Shown: piece after piece, positions 52,976 to 62,459 of the stretch
Numbering within the stretch: position 1 is the first letter of the stretch
Layout: each line of letters opens with the position of its first letter
Source of the DNA: Nitrospira sp.
GTDB lineage: Bacteria; Nitrospirota; Thermodesulfovibrionia; Thermodesulfovibrionales; SM23-35
Reading direction: 5' to 3'
DNA length: 64,000 bases
NCBI GenBank assembly: GCA_016873615.1
Contig: VGWX01000001.1
Coordinates: 53,734 to 117,733 of the forward strand
Translations under genes and position numbers: made by a program
Notes under the pieces: model-generated
The model's input: the letters and a program-made list of their open reading frames with translations, nothing else
Databases searched by the model: none
Told to the model about the DNA's origin: nothing

Positions 52976-54370
52976 TTAATCAAACGATAAGTTTTTTTCC
53001 TTATTAGCAACAGCTATATGCATTATACCCTTAACCCATTCATTTGTCCCGAGGGCATGGAGATGTGTATACGTAGCCAGCACATTCTTGTAACACAAAC
53101 CATCCATGCCTTTCTTTATCCCTTCACCCTTTTTCATTTTAAAGGCAAAAAATACGCCATCTTTTTTAGCCATGGTAAGGATATAAGAATAGTGAAATTC
53201 ATGGCCATGGAGAATGTCTCCTGCCTTAAAATAGGGATTAACAGATTCTATCTCTATAACAGTATATCCATGCCCCTGTGGTTTTTTGCTCACGCCAATG
53301 ACTGCAGGGAAAATCCCTACCATAGGGTATTTTTTTCCCTCCCATTGCAACTCCTGAGAAAGATACATGAGTCCGCCGCATTCAGCATAAATCGGCAACC
53401 CTTCTTCAGCAGCTTGCTTTATTGCATTCCTTAGAGTTTCATTCGCAGCTAAGGATGCGGCGTGAGTTTCAGGGAATCCGCCGGCAATATAAAGGGCGTC
53501 AAGCAAAGGCGGCAGGTTGTCTGTTAAGGCGCTGAATTCGATTAAGTTAGCGCCTGATCTTTTCAGGGCATCCAGATTTTCCGGATAATAAAATTGGAAT
53601 GCTGAATCACGAATGATCCCGATATTCACCTGCTTTTCTGTGATCTCAGGATATTCTTCAGCGATAAAGTCTAATGGCGCAGCTTCCTGTGCGATTTTCC
53701 ATAACTGTTCTGTATCCAGGTGTTTAGACATTATATCAGCAGCCTTATCTATAGACTCTTCAGCCATAGGATGCTCCTGGGGTGGCACCAATCCCAGATG
53801 CCTGCCCGGGAACGTGATATTTGTTAATTTTGGAATTGCGCCAACTACAGGAAGATGGCAATACTTTTCTATGCTTTTACTGATTACCGACTCATGACGA
53901 AGACCGGCTAATTTGTTGAGGATTACGCCTTTTATGGGAACTTCAGAATCAAACGTCTGACATCCGAGCACTAAGGCAGCTACAGTTCGTGTAACCTTTG
54001 TGCAATCTACAATAAGGATAACCGGAGATTGAAGGACCTTGGATACCTCTGCCGTGCTTACACTTCCTTCAATATCCATACCATCGTAAAGCCCCCGGTT
54101 GCCTTCAATAACTGCAATATCTGCGTTCTTTGTATTAAAGCTAAAGGAAGAGAGGATTTGATCTTTGCTCATGAAGAAAAGATCAATATTGTAGCAGGGA
54201 TGGTTTGCTCCCCTGCTCAACCATCCCATATCTATATAGTCAGGGCCCTTTTTAAAGGGAATAACTTTATGTTTCTGCTTCTGCCAGACCCGGCAGAGAC
54301 CTACACTTACTGCAGTTTTTCCCGTATCACCGCCAAGGCCTGCAATGGTAAGCCTTGGGCATTTGATCAT
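52976..54370 (-). CDS. dsrN: DsrN, CbiA/CobB-type amidotransferase (siroheme amidase)
   Basis: 464 aa: N-terminal GLGGDTGKT ATP-binding loop and a C-terminal glutamine amidotransferase with AECGGLMYL. The dsr context supports the call. Confidence 0.8.
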   Translation of the reverse strand: MIKCPRLTIAGLGGDTGKTAVSVGLCRVWQKQKHKVIPFKKGPDYIDMGWLSRGANHPCYNIDLFFMSKDQILSSFSFNTKNADIAVIEGNRGLYDGMDIEGSVSTAEVSKVLQSPVILIVDCTKVTRTVAALVLGCQTFDSEVPIKGVILNKLAGLRHESVISKSIEKYCHLPVVGAIPKLTNITFPGRHLGLVPPQEHPMAEESIDKAADIMSKHLDTEQLWKIAQEAAPLDFIAEEYPEITEKQVNIGIIRDSAFQFYYPENLDALKRSGANLIEFSALTDNLPPLLDALYIAGGFPETHAASLAANETLRNAIKQAAEEGLPIYAECGGLMYLSQELQWEGKKYPMVGIFPAVIGVSKKPQGHGYTVIEIESVNPYFKAGDILHGHEFHYSYILTMAKKDGVFFAFKMKKGEGIKKGMDGLCYKNVLATYTHLHALGTNEWVKGIMHIAVANKEKNLSFD

Positions 54371-54606
54371 CTTCTGGGACCCGGGATCTCAAATGAAGCA
54401 CATGAACCGCTTCCACAGCTTTTAACAGTTTGTTTAGACTTTTTTCCGCCGCCCGACGTAATAACGCTTACCGAACTTAAAACCCGTTCTATTTCTGCTG
54501 ATTTACATTTCGGGCAGTTCATACCCGATCCCTCGTTTTCCTTTTTCAGTTTTAAAATCTCAAAAACATTACCGCAGCCAAGACAGCGAAATTCATAAAT
54601 AGGCAT
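54367..54606 (-). CDS. FmdB-family zinc-ribbon protein
   Basis: 79 aa: MPIYEFRCLGCGNVFE...CPKCKS. It overlaps the dsrN start by 4 nt. Confidence 0.75.
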   Translation of the reverse strand: MPIYEFRCLGCGNVFEILKLKKENEGSGMNCPKCKSAEIERVLSSVSVITSGGGKKSKQTVKSCGSGSCASFEIPGPRR

Positions 54607-54720
54607 GAAAAGCTCCTTTTAAGTCAATTTTAATGAAACTAATGTTTTAAAAAACACTACACTAAATAAAGAAATATAATATAGACTGAAGAATAGAAAT
54701 ATTCTTACAATAAATACCCT

Positions 54721-55431
54721 ATGAGTCAAAAGTCAAGAAAACAGACGTCAATTATTATAGAGTCTCTGCTCAAACTTGCAACTGATTCTATTGTTCAGGC
54801 AGAAATATCCGATCTCGATTGTTATGTGAAAAATCTTAGTAGTGCTCTAAGAGAGGGTGATCCTTCCTCACTTGAAAGAGATCTGCTAAACTTGTATACA
54901 AAATTGCATGGAGCAGGCTCTGAGTATTCTCCATATGAAAGGAAACTACTTACAGAAAGAAAAGGATATTCGTGCTACCCTGGTGGTCTTTCACCACTTT
55001 TTAAGGCAGTGCAGTTTATCAAACCCGAATCAATCGTCGCTGACCTCGGTGCAGGAAATGGACTGCAGGGATTGTTGCTACAATGCTTGAGCCCACACCG
55101 AAAAACAATCCAAATCGAGATTTCCTCTGAAATGATTCGTATTGGTCGAATCTTTCAACAAGCACTTGGAATCAGTGATGATCGTATAGAGTGGATTCAC
55201 GATGACATTATTAATGTATCAATTGAAACAGCTGATTTTATTTATATCTATCTGCCGGCTAAGCCTCTCGAAGGCGGAAAAGATGTTTACAAGGCTATCA
55301 CCAATAAGCTCAGTATGATGAACAAACCGCTTGTCATCTTTAGCGTAGCCGATTGCCTTGCCAAATTTCTAAATGGGCAATTTTCCATTTTTTATACGGA
55401 TGGCCATCTCACCTGTTTTGTTAAGGAATAA
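54721..55431 (+). CDS. class I SAM-dependent methyltransferase-like protein
   Basis: 236 aa with the glycine-rich motif I VADLGAGNG. Substrate unknown. Confidence 0.55.
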   Translation: MSQKSRKQTSIIIESLLKLATDSIVQAEISDLDCYVKNLSSALREGDPSSLERDLLNLYTKLHGAGSEYSPYERKLLTERKGYSCYPGGLSPLFKAVQFIKPESIVADLGAGNGLQGLLLQCLSPHRKTIQIEISSEMIRIGRIFQQALGISDDRIEWIHDDIINVSIETADFIYIYLPAKPLEGGKDVYKAITNKLSMMNKPLVIFSVADCLAKFLNGQFSIFYTDGHLTCFVKE

Positions 55432-55538
55432 CGTCAAGAATAACGGAACTTCCTTTGCTTCAGGAATCAGAATAATGATTCCTTGAAACCCAGATTTCAA
55501 GCTATAATAAAAGATAAAAGGTAAATTAAGGAGACATA

Positions 55539-56612
55539 ATGAAAGCTTCACCTGAAGAACCGCGGTGCCCTTTTTGCTTCAATAAAATCGAACAACCGAA
55601 AGAACTCTCATCAAGGAAAATAGTCGAATTCCCTCTCGGCCTCTGTAAGCATTGCGGCGCTGTATATGCTTATGATATCACTGGACATAATATGGGATCC
55701 GCCTTTATCGAGGCTTTATTATTCGCATGCAATGAGGATGACTACCTGGCTTTCTCTCTTTCTCACGGAGATGACTATACAGATGCCGTTGTCGGAAATT
55801 ATGATATTGTGACCCATACAGTTGTTCCTGAAAAGATTTACAACGAACGGTTTGTCAGGGGAGCGCTGATTTTCGTGAAACTTTTTGACCAATTCCAGGA
55901 AGCAACTGAACAGAAGGTAAAAGAGAAATTCAAGGCCATACAACCTATTGTGAAAACCAAACTGCGCTCAGAAAAATTTTCCAAAGAGATAGTGCGCCAA
56001 TATATATCAGAAAACAGGAAAGAAGACCTCGTTTCTTTGGCAGAAGAAGATTCCCGGGTAATCAATGAACTGCAGCGCATGCTTTACACGCCGGATGAAC
56101 ATTTAAGGTGGAAGACTATCGAACTGCTTGGTGAAGTAAGCAGGAGAGTCGGCGAAAAACGTCCTGATATCATCAGCAAACTGGTAAATAATCTGCTTCA
56201 GAGCGCTGCTTCACCCGGCGCATCGGCCTGGGGTTCACTTGAGGCAATTGGCGCTATCATCAGTTCAAATCCCGCCCTGTTCGGAGAGTTCACCAAACCG
56301 CTTCTCTCCTTTATCTCACAGAAGGATTTGTGGAGAGAAGTAACCTGGGCTATTGGCAGAATCGCAAGTGCAGACCCGGCGCTCGCCAAGCTCGCATTTC
56401 GTGGCCTTATTTCACTTCTCGACAATCCCGACCCGGTGCTTCGCGGATATGCTTCATGGGCTCTGGGAAACATAGGGTTCGATGATGTTATCGGTCAGTT
56501 GAAAGCCATCGAGACCGATGAAAACAAACTGACTTTATGGAGAGACGGTAATTTGCAGGAAGTGACTGTCGGCCGGCTGGCACGTGAAGCTATTCAGAAG
56601 CTCTCCCGATGA
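55539..56612 (+). CDS. Zn-ribbon plus HEAT-like repeat protein (paralog of 62460-63128 in its C-terminal half)
   Basis: 357 aa: N-terminal CPFC...CKHC, and a C-terminal half that aligns with the 222-aa protein upstream of dsrA (DEHLRW.TIE, WAIGRI, GYASWALGNIGF, VGRLAREAIQKL). Confidence 0.5.
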   Translation: MKASPEEPRCPFCFNKIEQPKELSSRKIVEFPLGLCKHCGAVYAYDITGHNMGSAFIEALLFACNEDDYLAFSLSHGDDYTDAVVGNYDIVTHTVVPEKIYNERFVRGALIFVKLFDQFQEATEQKVKEKFKAIQPIVKTKLRSEKFSKEIVRQYISENRKEDLVSLAEEDSRVINELQRMLYTPDEHLRWKTIELLGEVSRRVGEKRPDIISKLVNNLLQSAASPGASAWGSLEAIGAIISSNPALFGEFTKPLLSFISQKDLWREVTWAIGRIASADPALAKLAFRGLISLLDNPDPVLRGYASWALGNIGFDDVIGQLKAIETDENKLTLWRDGNLQEVTVGRLAREAIQKLSR

Positions 56613-57721
56613 AGAAACCAGCGATAAGGTATCTTGTTGCATCGCCGGCCGGCGACGTCCCTGTCGATAACAGCAGGCTTGACTATCCCCTTGAAGCCGA
56701 TCCATTGAAAACGCCGTACCGTATTTATTTTAGAGCTATCAGCGATTTTCTCACAAAGGCAAATTTCCAGCCGTTGCTTGAGGCGGTCAATAACAGATTG
56801 GGCACTGATTTCGACCTCATTGCACTAAATGAAATAATTATCCGCACTGAAAAACATGGGGCGCTTTATCATCCTGCAAGCATCGAATGTGTAACTGCAG
56901 ACAAGAAGGTGAAGTTTTGTCTCAATGTTGCAGTCACAGAAAGCGGAAGAAATGCATTAAAAAAAGAATTTGATGTTTTACGGACACTCCATGAACAACA
57001 CAATCTCCCTTATATTCCCAAGCCCTTCCTCCTGGATGAAGCAGATTCCATGGTTTTCCTCCTCGAAGAATGGTTTGAAGACTTCCACGAATTCCATATT
57101 GCGAAGTCTGAACATGGCGAAGAGCGTCTAAAGCTCTGGGAATACGGGAAAGGCGACCGTTTTCTTTCAGATAAGCAGAGCTTCGCAATCTACAGACAGA
57201 TCGCCATGATCCTCACCTTATATTATGACATCGAAACCTGCCGCATGATCTTTCCATGGCATCATGCAGCAGGTGATTTTATCGTCAAACTTTCCGATGA
57301 AACACTTATTGACGTTCGTCTTACGACAGTTCGAGGATATGAGCCGTTCATGGTGGCTGCCGATGAAGACATTGTGCATCCTGCCCTTGCCCTGTTTTAT
57401 TTTCTTCTGCATTTGTCGGTTCAGATGCGACTCGACAGAGTTGATGGTGTCGGAGATATCGTATGGGCGGAGGATAAATGTGTTGATGCTGCGCTTGCCG
57501 GTTTTTTTCTCGGAATAGAATCAAAAAAGGCTTTCAGGGACTACTTCGGTTCTCATGCAGAGTTCCTGACGTTATTGCGCTCCTTCAGCATGGAGGACCT
57601 TGCAACAACATTCAAACCTGTTGTTGAGCAGTATGAGAAGACAAAAGATTTTCCGGTTATTGCAAGAAACTTGGAAAATCACATTGCGAGGCTGTATTCT
57701 ACTCTCCGAAATTACCCTTAA
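56609..57721 (+). CDS. hypothetical protein, possibly a degenerate kinase/phosphotransferase fold
   Basis: 370 aa with a 4-nt overlap with the upstream gene. WHHAAGDFIVK faintly resembles an APH-type catalytic loop. Weak. Confidence 0.35.
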   Translation: MKKPAIRYLVASPAGDVPVDNSRLDYPLEADPLKTPYRIYFRAISDFLTKANFQPLLEAVNNRLGTDFDLIALNEIIIRTEKHGALYHPASIECVTADKKVKFCLNVAVTESGRNALKKEFDVLRTLHEQHNLPYIPKPFLLDEADSMVFLLEEWFEDFHEFHIAKSEHGEERLKLWEYGKGDRFLSDKQSFAIYRQIAMILTLYYDIETCRMIFPWHHAAGDFIVKLSDETLIDVRLTTVRGYEPFMVAADEDIVHPALALFYFLLHLSVQMRLDRVDGVGDIVWAEDKCVDAALAGFFLGIESKKAFRDYFGSHAEFLTLLRSFSMEDLATTFKPVVEQYEKTKDFPVIARNLENHIARLYSTLRNYP

Positions 57722-58346
57722 CAATGTCATCAAAGGACATGCGTAAAACCTTCGAGAGAGGCAGCATGAGATTAGCTTTAGCTGCCGGATTTAAAAACCC
57801 TGCCTCTTTTAACATTTCAATGGAAAGCCCGACAAGCTCCTGATAAATGTTATCAAGCTTTACAGTAGGATACGAAGCTTTGGCCTCAAATCCTGAAATG
57901 CCGCATACATAGGCGAGTTCTTTTTTCCCTTTATGAAGACTGTATGGGACACCGTAAATGCGGCAGATAACCGGCCTGTATTCATAAAGCACACATTCTT
58001 CTTTATCACTTAAAAGAGGACATTTCACCCGCTGTTTCCCGAGTCCGTAGACTTTCATCTTTGGGTCTTCTTCAAAAACCTTCAGTCTGTCCTTGGCTTT
58101 TAATATCTCCCCCTCGGATTTTTCAGCTCTCTTCAGGGCATCCCGCCGAACTTTGCGGTCAAGACGGTTGAAATGATAATTGATATATGCAGCTTCTATG
58201 GGGAAGAGCCCAAAAACAGCATGACAGCAATCGCAGCAACGTATCCTGCATCGCACACTGTCAGGATATTTTTCATGAATTGTTTTAAAAAGGATATCTG
58301 CCTTGCGGGGAAGAACCTCGTATCTTGGGAAAAGCTCTTCTTTCAT
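57699..58346 (-). CDS. YkgJ-family cysteine-cluster protein (second copy in the window)
   Basis: 215 aa with CRIRCCDCCH and later CPLL...C motifs. Confidence 0.7.
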   Translation of the reverse strand: MKEELFPRYEVLPRKADILFKTIHEKYPDSVRCRIRCCDCCHAVFGLFPIEAAYINYHFNRLDRKVRRDALKRAEKSEGEILKAKDRLKVFEEDPKMKVYGLGKQRVKCPLLSDKEECVLYEYRPVICRIYGVPYSLHKGKKELAYVCGISGFEAKASYPTVKLDNIYQELVGLSIEMLKEAGFLNPAAKANLMLPLSKVLRMSFDDIVKGNFGE

Positions 58347-59095
58347 TCTGACTTTTTGGCTTTCCCTGTTTTTATTGTCTTGCTTTTTATCACCGGTTGC
58401 TTTGTTTTTGATTTCTTTGCTGATAGTTTTTTTGCTTTTCGCCTGTGCGGCTCCAGGAGTTTTAAAAATTCGGGGTGTACTTCAAATCCCAGCTCTGAGG
58501 CTTTTTCAGAGTTCTGAATGGCTTCATTGAATTGCCCCTTCATATAATAGGCATTTGCCAGATTATTGTAGCCTAAAGCAAAATCCGGAGCTAATTCCAG
58601 CATCTTCTTGTTTGTTTCGATGCTCTTTTCAATATCCCCTTTTTGCAGGTAAGCGTTCGCGAGATTACACCAGGCCTGTACAATCTCGGGATTCAATTCT
58701 AAAGACTTGCTAAGCGCCTCTATAGCCTCATCAGTCTTTCCCATTTGAAGGTGAGCAAAGCCCAGGTTTGCATAGCCTCTTGCATATCTTGGTTCTATTT
58801 CAACAGCCCTTAAGTTTGCTTTAACCACTTTCTCGAGATCGCCTTCTTTAAAGTAGATATATCCGAGATTGACAAATGCCTCAAACATGCGTCCGCTTTC
58901 CGTGATGGCTTGTTCAAATGCATCTATGGCCTCATCGAATTTTCCCTGATTCATAAAGGCTACGCCGAGATTGTAATAAGAAGAAGCACATTTCGGATCT
59001 TGCGCAAGCCGAAGCTTCTGCTCAGCTATAAACTGTTCTATACCTTCCGGTTCTTTCATAAATAATTGTATCCTAACATTTATGCCTGATGGCAT
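58343..59095 (-). CDS. TPR-repeat protein with lysine-rich tail
   Basis: 250 aa: repeated A..YNLG.A....G....A motifs and the tail KAKKLSAKKSKTKQPVIKSKTIKTGKAKKSE. Confidence 0.8.
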   Translation of the reverse strand: MPSGINVRIQLFMKEPEGIEQFIAEQKLRLAQDPKCASSYYNLGVAFMNQGKFDEAIDAFEQAITESGRMFEAFVNLGYIYFKEGDLEKVVKANLRAVEIEPRYARGYANLGFAHLQMGKTDEAIEALSKSLELNPEIVQAWCNLANAYLQKGDIEKSIETNKKMLELAPDFALGYNNLANAYYMKGQFNEAIQNSEKASELGFEVHPEFLKLLEPHRRKAKKLSAKKSKTKQPVIKSKTIKTGKAKKSE

Positions 59096-59325
59096 AAATG
59101 CAGATTTTTTCTTTCATCAGCTTTTATTGTTTCAATACTAATTAAAAAAAGATTCTCAATAAATAATGAGGAATCTGAACCCATAAGATGAAGAAATCAG
59201 GGTGGACATTTTTCATGTCCACCCTGACCGTTCTCAACTCATTCGATACAACAGGTTTTTAAGGTGATATGCCTTTTACTATCCTCCGGTATCACCGGAT
59301 TTTTCAACAGATATGCCTCTTCCCT

Positions 59326-59535
59326 TCAGCCCGTAATGGTAGAGCTGCCGGTTGATAATAACTCCAATACCTCTTCTCTTACCATCTCGGAGGCTATGCT
59401 TTTAATCTCTGAGGCGCCGGCGTCAGGAATAGTCTTCTTTACACCGATCATCATATCTTTGAAATAGAATTTGGTTTTAGCGCCTTTTGAAGCATAATCA
59501 ATAATAGCCTGTCTTATGTCTTCTGGTCTTCCCAT
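59326..59535 (-). CDS. dsrD: DsrD (as encoded: truncated just before the conserved YGLKG C-terminal motif)
   Basis: Start chosen at MGRPEDIRQ (59535), downstream of the dsrB stop. KTKFYFKDM...EEVLELLSTGSST matches the DsrD winged-helix pattern. The frame stops at TGA 59328-59326, while YGLKGRGISVEKSGDTGG* is in the adjacent frame down to 59279. Confidence 0.75.
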   Translation of the reverse strand: MGRPEDIRQAIIDYASKGAKTKFYFKDMMIGVKKTIPDAGASEIKSIASEMVREEVLELLSTGSSTITG

Positions 59536-59560
59536 AATTTTTTTTACGCTCCTTTTAATC

Positions 59561-60739
59561 TTATATGCCACCAACTGCTTTGGATACAGCCCACGCATGT
59601 TCAGTGAATTTGAACTGGGTTGACGTCCTGAACGTATCAACAGCAAGACGATAATCATCAACTAAATGATGCGTGAATGGCAGACCCATCTTCTCAAAGA
59701 ATCTTTCCCAGCCAATGCGCTCTGCCCAGTCTCCAAGTCTTTCGTACTTATTCGCTTCCTTTGCCCAGATTTCAACCATTTTCTTCACGACATCCGTCAC
59801 CTCGGGCCAGCGAGGGGTATTGTTCGGCAGAATAGGCACAATAACCTTGGAGAATTTCGGCGGGCTTAAGCGGTTTGAAACCTTTCCGCCGGCCAGAATA
59901 GCCACACCGTCTCCTGGTCCGTCCGACAGAGGCAGAGCCAGACACATGGTGTAGCAGTTTCCGCAGTACATGCACTTTTCTATATTGACGGATACGCTCT
60001 TCTTACCGTCCTCGGTTGTTATCGGCTTGATTGCGTACAGCGGGCAGGACGCAACAACCAGAGGAATCTCGCAGACCTTTCCTAAAACTTCATGGTCGAT
60101 TGCAGGGGGCTTGCGGTGATATCCCAAAAGCGCGATATCAGAGCAATGAACTGCGCCGCACATATTAAGGCAGCAGGCCAGAGCTATTCTTAGCTTCGCA
60201 GGAAGCCTCATATTTTTGAACTCGTCAAATAATACATCGGCAACAGCTTTAACAGGTCCTGAAGCATCGGTTGCAGGGGTATGACAATGAATCCATCCCT
60301 GGGTATGGACAATATTGGTCATGCCCATTCCTGTTCCCCCTGTCGGGAACTTGAAGGAACCTCCCACATGTTTCCTGCTGTCCAGCTCTTTCTTGAGAGC
60401 TTTTGCCTTTTCTTCGCTGTCTGTGATAAATTCAATGTTATTCCTTGTTGTGAATCTTACATATCCATTGCAATGTTTATCAGCTATATCACAGATTTCA
60501 CGGATATGCTCTACCGACATAATTCTTGCTGCTGCTGCTCTGACTGTAAAAGCCTTTTCACCTGTTTCAGAAACATGCACTAAGAGACCAGGCTCCAGTA
60601 TCCTGTGGGAAGCCCATTTCCCGTAATTCCTCCTGATGACAGGCGGCAGCATCTGTCCATAATGACATGGGCCGATATCAGTTATCCTGTTTTCCTGAGG
60701 CTTTTGGGGATTAAAATAACCAAGTTTGCCTTTTGACAT
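59561..60739 (-). CDS. dsrB: dissimilatory sulfite reductase beta subunit
   Basis: 392 aa with [18 protein letters not shown] and the ferredoxin-domain CMYCGNC motifs. Position is after dsrA. Confidence 0.95.
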   Translation of the reverse strand: MSKGKLGYFNPQKPQENRITDIGPCHYGQMLPPVIRRNYGKWASHRILEPGLLVHVSETGEKAFTVRAAAARIMSVEHIREICDIADKHCNGYVRFTTRNNIEFITDSEEKAKALKKELDSRKHVGGSFKFPTGGTGMGMTNIVHTQGWIHCHTPATDASGPVKAVADVLFDEFKNMRLPAKLRIALACCLNMCGAVHCSDIALLGYHRKPPAIDHEVLGKVCEIPLVVASCPLYAIKPITTEDGKKSVSVNIEKCMYCGNCYTMCLALPLSDGPGDGVAILAGGKVSNRLSPPKFSKVIVPILPNNTPRWPEVTDVVKKMVEIWAKEANKYERLGDWAERIGWERFFEKMGLPFTHHLVDDYRLAVDTFRTSTQFKFTEHAWAVSKAVGGI

Positions 60740-60757
60740 ATCATTCCCTCCTTTATA

Positions 60758-62194
60758 TTATCTTGGATGTCTGCTTCTGTAATCGTCAATATCCCTTGCA
60801 AATCCACCCGGGACCTCTTCTTCCTTGAAGAAGACATACGGATTGGCACGGGGCGCCGTAACCATCTGGGGCATAGGCGGAATTCCAAGCACCTCACAGA
60901 ATTTCTTTAAGCTTACGCGCTGGATGGTCTCACCAACACGCTCGCGGTTCTTGCCTTCCTCGGTCCACCAGTCAAATACCTTTGTTACAACACCTTTAAT
61001 AGAGGTGTATGGTGCATTTGCATACATAAACGGTATGGTCATACATGACATCTGGGCCCCTTCAAGGATCGGCGCTTTTGCGCCAAAGAGGATGCTCAAA
61101 CCCTGATCTTTACCGACTCTTAAGGCTTCAGGCATGACGTCTATGCAATGCATGCAGCGGTTACATTCAGCATTATTGATAGAGATCTTCTTTCCATCCC
61201 ATTTCATACACTGGGTAGGACAAAGGTTGATTACTTCAGCCTGGATGTCGAACTTGCCCCAGTCTCTTCCGGCAAACCCGCCGCCGTCAGGCGGGATCTT
61301 TCCGGCAGCATATTCCTGGACGGCATCCTGATTAATCCGGATGTCATCCTTCCATGTGCCGATATAGGACATGTCTGCACGCGCTATACTGGCGATACAG
61401 CAATTGGGGCATCCGTCAAATTTGAATTTAAATTTATACGGGAATGCAGGCCTGTGCAATTCATCCTGATAGGTCATGGTAAGGTCATAGCATAAAGCCA
61501 TGGTATCATAACATGCGAACTCGCACCGTGCCTTACCTATGCAATCGGAAGGCGTCCGGAGGTTTCCACCTGAACCGCCTAAATCAACACCAAGGTCATG
61601 GGTCAGGTCAAAAAATAAAGGCTCAAGCTGTTCTGAAAAAGAACCCAGTATAACCATGTCGCCGGTTGAACCATGCAGGTTGGTTAATCCGCTTCCGCGA
61701 TATTCGGCTATATCGGAAAATGCTCTCAGATAATCAGTGGTATAAAATTTTGCACCCGGCTGAGCTACTCTGATAGTGTGGAAATGTGCAATATTGGGGA
61801 ATTTCGCCTGCTGGTCGTTATAACGGCCCACAATACCACCGCCGTAACCAAGAACTCCAACGATACCGCCGTGTTTCCAGTGGGTCTCACGCTCTTTATA
61901 TGAAAGCTCTACTATCCCCAACAAATCATCTACAATATCCGCTGGTATCATCAGGTTATCCTGACCCACTTTATGCCTGTGCACCGCTTCTCTCTTTAAA
62001 TCACTTACAAAACTCGGCCAGGGGCCTGATTCCAACTGCTCCAACTGTGAAATATCATGCTTGCACTTGTAATTCTTAAGCTCATCTTCTGTATAATTGT
62101 TTAACTGATTATCGTCAAAAATCCTCACATCGTTGTACTTCCGATGTTCCTTTTCTTCCTTATCCCACTGCTTCTCCTGTCCGGGAATTGACAT
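60758..62194 (-). CDS. dsrA: dissimilatory sulfite reductase alpha subunit
   Basis: 478 aa with LESGPWPSFVSD, HGGIVGV.GYGGG, CEFACYD, CPNCC and CNRCMHC. Strong SD AAGGAGG lies 6 nt before ATG 62194. Confidence 0.95.
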   Translation of the reverse strand: MSIPGQEKQWDKEEKEHRKYNDVRIFDDNQLNNYTEDELKNYKCKHDISQLEQLESGPWPSFVSDLKREAVHRHKVGQDNLMIPADIVDDLLGIVELSYKERETHWKHGGIVGVLGYGGGIVGRYNDQQAKFPNIAHFHTIRVAQPGAKFYTTDYLRAFSDIAEYRGSGLTNLHGSTGDMVILGSFSEQLEPLFFDLTHDLGVDLGGSGGNLRTPSDCIGKARCEFACYDTMALCYDLTMTYQDELHRPAFPYKFKFKFDGCPNCCIASIARADMSYIGTWKDDIRINQDAVQEYAAGKIPPDGGGFAGRDWGKFDIQAEVINLCPTQCMKWDGKKISINNAECNRCMHCIDVMPEALRVGKDQGLSILFGAKAPILEGAQMSCMTIPFMYANAPYTSIKGVVTKVFDWWTEEGKNRERVGETIQRVSLKKFCEVLGIPPMPQMVTAPRANPYVFFKEEEVPGGFARDIDDYRSRHPR

Positions 62195-62345
62195 CTTCTA
62201 CCTCCTTCGCTGAGTTATTAGTAAAATACTGGCAAATAAAGCGAAAAATTAGACTATCTCTTCACCCCCTTCCTACATGGATATTTACTAAAAATTTAGA
62301 CAGAAATATGCCTTTTACTTTTTTAAGCCTAAAGAAAAGTGTTTA

Positions 62346-62374
62346 ATGATAATCTACTATTTCCCTTTTGTCAA
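62346..62374 (-). promoter_or_regulatory. candidate sigma70-type promoter of dsrABD
   Basis: On the minus strand: TTGACA (62374-62369), 17 nt spacer, TATCAT (62351-62346). This implies a 5' leader of about 150 nt. Confidence 0.3.
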
Positions 62375-62459
62375 GTAAGGATTATTTATATTCAATATAA
62401 GCCGATAGATTTCTTATCCGAAATGCCTTGAATGATATATTTTACCATTTAGCTATTGC

